Assembly (NCBI RefSeq): GCF_009914755.1
Contig: NC_060925.1
Length of the DNA: 64,000 nucleotides
DNA from: the human T2T-CHM13v2.0 reference genome, Homo sapiens
Reading direction: 5' to 3' (one strand)
Shown here: piece by piece, positions 57,201 to 64,000 of the stretch
Position numbering within the stretch: position 1 is the stretch's first letter
How the letters are laid out: every line of letters starts with the position of its first letter
Program-made: the position numbers and the translations under genes
The notes under the pieces: generated by a model
Database searches by the model: none
What the model was told of the DNA's origin: nothing
What the model saw: the letters and a program-made list of their open reading frames with translations, nothing else

Positions 57201-60200
57201 GGAAACATCATCAAATGGAACCGAATGGAATCCTCATTGAATGGAAATGAAAGGGGTCATCATCTAATGGAATCGCATGGAATCATCATCAAATGGAATC
57301 GAATGGAATCATCATGAAATGGAATCTAATGGAATCATTGAACAGAATTGAATGGAATCGTCATCGAATGAATTGAATGCAATCATCGAATGGTCTCGAA
57401 TGGAACCATCTTCTAATGGAAAGGAATGGAATCATCGCATAGAATCGAATGGAATTATCATCGAATGGAATCGAATGGTATCAACACCAAACGGAAAAAA
57501 ACGGAATTATCGAATGGAATCGAAGAGAATCTTCGAACGGACCCGAATGGAATCATCTAATGGAATGGAATGGAATAATCCATGGACTCGAATGCAATCA
57601 TCATCGAATGGAATCGAATGGAATCATCGAATGGACTCGAATGGAATAATCATTGAACGGAATCGAATGGAATCATCATCGGATGGAAACGAATGGAATC
57701 ATCATCGAATGGAAATGAAAGGAGTCATCATCTAATGGAATTGCATGGAATCATCATAAAATGGAATCGAATGGAATCAACATCAAATGGAATCAAATGG
57801 AATCATTGAACGGAATTGAATGGAATCGTCATCGAATGAATTGAATGCAATCATCGAATGGTCTCGAATGGAATCATCTTCAAATGGAATGGAATGGAAT
57901 CATCGCATAGAATCGAATGAAATTATCATCGAATGGAATCGAATGGAATCAACATCAAACGGAAAAAAACGGAATTATCGAATGGAATCGAAGAGAATCA
58001 TCGAATGGACCCGAATGGAATCATCTAATGGAATGGAATGGAATAATCCATGGACTCGAATGCAATCATCATCGAATGGAATCGAATGGAATCATCGAAT
58101 GGACTCGAATGGAATAATCATTGAACGGAATCGAATGGAATCATCATCGGATGGAAATGAAAGGAGTCATCATCTAATGGAATTGCATGGAATCATCATA
58201 AAATGGAATCGAATGGAATCAACATCAAATGGAATCAAATGGAATCATTGAACGGAATTGAATGGAATCGTCATCGAATGAATTGAATGCAATCATCGAA
58301 TGGTCTCGAATGGAATCATCTTCAAATGGAATGGAATGGAATCATCGCATAGAATCGAATGGAATTATCATCGAATGGAATCGAATGGAATCAACATCAA
58401 ACGGAAAAAAACGGAATTATCGAATGGAATCGAAGAGAATCATCGAATGGACCCGAATGGAATCATCTAATGGAATGGAATGGAATAATCCATGGACTCG
58501 AATGCAATCATCATCGAATGGAATCAAATGGAATCATCGAATGGACTCGAATGGAATAATCATTGAACGGAATCGAATGGAATCATCATCGGATGGAAAT
58601 GAATGGAATCATCATCGAATGGAATCGAATAGAATTATGGAATGAAATCCAGTGTGATCATCATCGAATGGACCCGAATGGAATCATCATCCAACGGATG
58701 CTAATGGAATCAACATCGAATGAATCAAATGGAAACACCATCGAATTGAAACGAATGGAATTACCATGAAATTGAAATGGATGGACTCATCATCGAATGG
58801 ATTCGAAAGGAATCATCGAATAAAATTGATTGAAATCATCATCGAATGGAATCGAATGGTATCATTGAATGGAATCGAATGGAATCATCATCAGATGGAA
58901 ATGAATGGAATCGTCATAGAATGGAATCGAATGGATTCATTGAATGGAATCAGATGGAATCATCGAATGGACTGGAATGGAATCATTGAATGGACTCGAA
59001 AGACATCATGATTGAATGGAATTGAATGGAATCATCGAATGGTCTCGATTGGAATCATTATCAAATGGAATCGAATGGAATCACCGAATAGAATCGAATG
59101 GAACAATCATCGAATGGACTCAAATGGAATTATCCTCCAATGGAATCGAATGGAATTATCGAATGAAATCGAATGGAATTATCGAATGCAATCGAATAGA
59201 ATCATCGAATGGACTCGAATGGAATCATCGAATGGAATGGAATGGAACAGTCAATGAACTCGAATGGAATCATCATTGAATGGAATCGAATGGAATCATC
59301 GAGTGGAATCGAATGGAATTATGATCAAATGGAATCGAATGTAATCATCATCAAATGGAATCAAAAATAACCATCATCAATTGGTATTGAATGGAATTGT
59401 CATCAAATGGAATTCAAAGGAAACATCATCAAATGGAACCGAATGGAATCCTCATTGAATGGAAATGAAAGGGGTCATCATCTAATGGAATCGCATGGAA
59501 TCATCATAAAATGGAATCGAATGGAATCATCATGAAATGGAATCTAATGGAATCATTGAACAGAATTGAATGGAATCGTCATCGAATGAATTGAATGCAA
59601 TCATCGAATGGTCTCGAATGGAACCATCTTCTAATGGAAAGGAATGGAATCATCGCATAGAATCGAATGGAATTATCATCGAATGGAATCGAATGGTATC
59701 AACACCAAACGGAAAAAAACGGAATTATCGAATGGAATCGAAGAGAATCTTCGAACGGACCCGAATGGAATCATCTAATGGAATGGAATGGAATAATCCA
59801 TGGACTCGAATGCAATCATCATCGAATGGAATCGAATGGAATCATCGAATGGACTCGAATGAAATAATCATTGAACGGAATCGAATGGAATCATCATCGG
59901 ATGGAAACGAATGGAATCATCATCGAATGGAAATGAAAGGAGTCATCATCTAATGGAATTGCATGGAATCATCATAAAATGGAATCGAATGGAATCAACA
60001 TCAAATGGAATCAAATGGAATCATTGAACGGAATTGAATGGAATCGTCATCGAATAAATTGAATGCAATCATCGAATGGTCTCGAATGGAATCATCTTCA
60101 AATGGAATGGAATGGAATCATCGCATAGAATCGAATGGAATTATCATCGAATGGAATCGAATGGAATCAACATCAAACGGAAAAAAACGGAATTATCGAA

Positions 60201-63200
60201 TGGAATCGAAGAGAATCATCGAATGGACCCGAATGGAATCATCTAATGGAATGGAATGGAATAATCCATGGACTCGAATGCAATCATCATCGAATGGAAT
60301 CGAATGGAATCATCGAATGGACTCGAATGGAATAATCATTGAACGGAATCGAATGGAATCATCATCGGATGGAAATGAAAGGAGTCATCATCTAATGGAA
60401 TTGCATGGAATCATCATAAAATGGAATCGAATGGAATCAACATCAAATGGAATCAAATGGAATCATTGAACGGAATTGAATGGAATCGTCATCGAATGAA
60501 TTGAATGCAATCATCGAATGGTCTCGAATGGAATCACCTTCAAATGGAATGGAATGGAATCATCGCATAGAATCGAATGGAATTATCATCGAATGGAATC
60601 GAATGGAATCAACATCAAACGGAAAAAAACGGAATTATCGAATGGAATCGAAGAGAATCATCGAATGGACCCGAATGGAATCATCTAATGGAATGGAATG
60701 GAATAATCCATGGACTCGAATGCAATCATCATCGAATGGAATCAAATGGAATCATCGAATGGACTCGAATGGAATAATCATTGAACGGAATCGAATGGAA
60801 TCATCATCGGATGGAAATGAATGGAATCATCATCGAATGGAATCGAATAGAATTATGGAATGAAATCCAGTGTGATCATCATCGAATGGACCCGAATGGA
60901 ATCATCATCCAACGGATGCTAATGGAATCAACATCGAATGAATCAAATGGAAACACCATCGAATTGAAACGAATGGAATTACCATGAAATTGAAATGGAT
61001 GGACTCATCATCGAATGGATTCGAAAGGAATCATCGAATAAAATTGATTGAAATCATCATCGAATGGAATCGAATGGTATCATTGAATGGAATCGAATGG
61101 AATCATCATCAGATGGAAATGAATGGAATCGTCATAGAATGGAATCGAATGGATTCATTGAATGGAATCAGATGGAATCATCGAATGGACTGGAATGGAA
61201 TCATTGAATGGACTCGAAAGAGATCATGATTGAATGGAATTGAATGGAATCATCGAATGGTCTCGATTGGAATCATTATCAAATGGAATCGAATGGAATC
61301 ACCGAATAGAATCGAATGGAACAATCATCGAATGGACTCAAATGGAATTATCCTCCAATGGAATCGAATGGAATTATCGAATGCAATCGAATGGAATTAT
61401 CGAATGCAATCGAATAGAATCATCGAATGGACTCGAATGGAATCATCGAATGGAATGGAATGGAACAGTCAATGAACTCGAATGGAATCATCATTGAATG
61501 GAATCGAATGGAATCATCGAGTGGAATCGAATGGAATTATGATCAAATGGAATCGAATGTAATCATCATCAAATGGAATCAAAAATAACCATCATCAATT
61601 GGTATTGAATGGAATTGTCATCAAATGGAATTCAAAGGAAATATCATCAAATGGAACCGAATGGAATCCTCATTGAATGGAAATGAAAGGGGTCATCATC
61701 TAATGGAATCGCATGGAATCATCATCAAATGGAATCGAATGGAATCATCATCAAATGGAATCTAATGGAATCATTGAACAGAATTGAATGGAATCGTCAT
61801 CGAATGAATTGAATGCAATCATCGAATGGTCTCGAATGGAACCATCTTCTAATGGAAAGGAATGGAATCATCGCATAGAATCGAATGGAATTATCATCGA
61901 ATGGAATCGAATGGTATCAACACCAAACGGAAAAAAACGGAATTATCGAATGGAATCGAAGAGAATCTTCGAACGGACCCGAATGGAATCATCTAATGGA
62001 ATGGAATGGAATAATCCATGGACTCGAATGCAATCATCATCGAATGGAATCGAATGGAATCATCGAATGGACTCGAATGAAATAATCATTGAACGGAATC
62101 GAATGGAATCATCATCGGATGGAAACGAATGGAATCATCATCGAATGGAAATGAAAGGAGTCATCATCTAATGGAATTGCATGGAATCATCATAAAATGG
62201 AATCGAATGGAATCAACATCAAATGGAATCAAATGGAATCATTGAACGGAATTGAATGGAATCGTCATCGAATAAATTGAATGCAATCATCGAATGGTCT
62301 CGAATGGAATCATCTTCAAATGGAATGGAATGGAATCATCGCATAGAATCGAATGGAATTATCATCGAATGGAATCGAATGGAATCAACATCAAACGGAA
62401 AAAAACGGAATTATCGAATGGAATCGAAGAGAATCATCGAATGGACCCGAATGGAATCATCTAATGGAATGGAATGGAATAATCCATGGACTCGAATGCA
62501 ATCATCATCGAATGGAATCGAATGGAATCATCGAATGGACTCGAATGGAATAATCATTGAACGGAATCGAATGGAATCATCATCGGATGGAAATGAAAGG
62601 AGTCATCATCTAATGGAATTGCATGGAATCATCATAAAATGGAATCGAATGGAATCAACATCAAATGGAATCAAATGGAATCATTGAACGGAATTGAATG
62701 GAATCGTCATCGAATGAATTGAATGCAATCATCGAATGGTCTCGAATGGAATCACCTTCAAATGGAATGGAATGGAATCATCGCATAGAATCGAATGGAA
62801 TTATCATCGAATGGAATCGAATGGAATCAACATCAAACGGAAAAAAACGGAATTATCGAATGGAATCGAAGAGAATCATCGAATGGACCCGAATGGAATC
62901 ATCTAATGGAATGGAATGGAATAATCCATGGACTCGAATGCAATCATCATCGAATGGAATCGAATGGAATCATCCAATGGACTCGAATGGAATAATCATT
63001 GAACGGAATCGAATGGAATCATCATCGGATGGAAATGAATGGAATCATCATCGAATGGAATCGAATAGAATTATGGAATGAAATCCAGTGTGATCATCAT
63101 CGAATGGACCCGAATGGAATCATCATCCAACGGATGCTAATGGAATCAACATCGAATGAATCAAATGGAAACACCATCGAATTGAAACGAATGGAATTAC

Positions 63201-64000
63201 CATGAAATTGAAATGGATGGACTCATCATCGAATGGATTTGAAAGGAATCATCGAATAAAATTGATTGAAATCATCATCGAATGGAATCGAATGGTATCA
63301 TTGAATGGAATCGAATGGAATCATCATCAGATGGAAATGAATGGAATCGTCATAGAATGGAATCGAATGGATTCATTGAATGGAATCAGATGGAATCATC
63401 GAATGGACTGGAATGGAATCATTGAATGGACTCGAAAGAGATCATGATTGAATGGAATTGAATGGAATCATCGAATGGTCTCGATTGGAATCATTATCAA
63501 ATGGAATCGAATGGAATCACCGAATAGAATCGAATGGAACAATCATCGAATGGACTCAAATGGAATTATCCTCCAATGGAATCGAATGGAATTATCGAAT
63601 GCAATCGAATGGAATTATCGAATGCAAACGAATAGAATCATCGAATGGACTCGAATGGAATCATCGAATGGAATGGAATGGAACAGTCAATGAACTCGAA
63701 TGGAATCATCATTGAATGGAATCGAATGGAATCATCGAGTGGAATCGAATGGAATTATGATCAAATGGAATCGAATGTAATCATCATCAAATGGAATCAA
63801 AAATAACCATCATCAATTGGTATTGAATGGAATTGTCATCAAATGGAATTCAAAGGAAACATCATCAAATGGAACCGAATGGAATCCTCATTGAATGGAA
63901 ATGAAAGGGGTCATCATCTAATGGAATCGCATGGAATCATCATCAAATGGAATCGAATGGAATCATCATGAAATGGAATCTAATGGAATCATTGAACAGA
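42294..64000 (+). repeat. Homogeneous 2,218-bp higher-order repeat domain 2, including one 2,660-bp unit
   Basis: Landmark spacings are 2218, 2218, 2660, then 2218 x6 to the window end. Confidence 0.9.

Larger units (their letters stand above)
1..64000 (+). repeat. Satellite II (HSat2/HSATII) pericentromeric tandem array, GGAAT strand on +; probably the chromosome 1q12-type (1.77-kb/D1Z1) family
   Basis: Continuous diverged 23/26-bp monomers GAATGGAATCGAATGGAATC(ATC)1-2 with very dense TCGA, the reverse complement of the CATTCGATTC/ATG motif that distinguishes HSat2 from (CATTC)n HSat3. No unique sequence or inversion seen. The 1,776-bp EcoRI period supports the chr1 family, which is less certain than the HSat2 call. 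Confidence 0.97.

Noticed and set aside
43-63715. Hundreds of 60-163 aa + strand ORFs (MESSSNG/IEWN/RME-rich)
   Set aside because: They are direct translations of GGAAT-type repeats, overlap in several frames, recur with the repeat period and are broken at random by stops. They show no domain-like content, so they are not reported as CDS.
1-64000. CRISPR-like array of 23-26-bp repeats, or a prokaryotic defence or retroelement system
   Set aside because: There are no unique spacers, leader, cas, reverse transcriptase or transposase genes. The repeats are contiguous degenerate satellite monomers.
1-64000. HSat3, alpha satellite (CENP-B boxes) or telomeric repeat
   Set aside because: Pure (GGAAT)n runs are at most about four copies, and the TCGA/ATC spacers are HSat2-diagnostic. 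I saw no 171-bp monomer, CENP-B box or TTAGGG tract.
1-64000. Inversions, Alu/L1 insertions or unique-sequence islands
   Set aside because: None seen. No CATTC-strand segment, poly(A) tail or target-site duplication appears, and all periods are accounted for by module arithmetic.
1-64000. Annotating an HSATII non-coding RNA gene
   Set aside because: HSATII transcription is known in general, but no transcript boundaries or promoter can be derived from this sequence alone.

Overview
The whole 64-kb window is one uninterrupted, single-orientation array of primate classical satellite II (HSat2/HSATII). The + strand is the purine-rich GGAAT strand, built from diverged 23/26-bp monomers of the form GAATGGAATC-GAATGGAATC-(ATC)1-2. 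A 1,776-bp unit with one conserved EcoRI site matches the known 1.77-kb satellite II repeat of human 1q12 (D1Z1/pUC1.77); this locus assignment is inference. I see no genes, RNA genes, transposons or CRISPR arrays, and every ORF in the track is a repeat artefact, used here only as a landmark. I found no novel coding system. The interest lies in the array architecture. It is built from three modules: L (1,308 bp), A (468 bp) and B (442 bp). Across 30 measured periods these combine as LAB 2,218 bp (17 periods, plus one of 2,216), LA 1,776 (6, plus one of 1,923), LB 1,750 (2), L 1,308 (1), LABB 2,660 (1) and LAAB 2,686 (1). A homogeneous 2,218-bp variant, made by a microhomology-bounded 442-bp duplication, dominates from about 15 kb onward. 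Higher periodicities of 3,552, 4,436, 9,314 and about 24.8/27.5 kb are layered on top, and islands of a more diverged 1,776-bp family persist within it.
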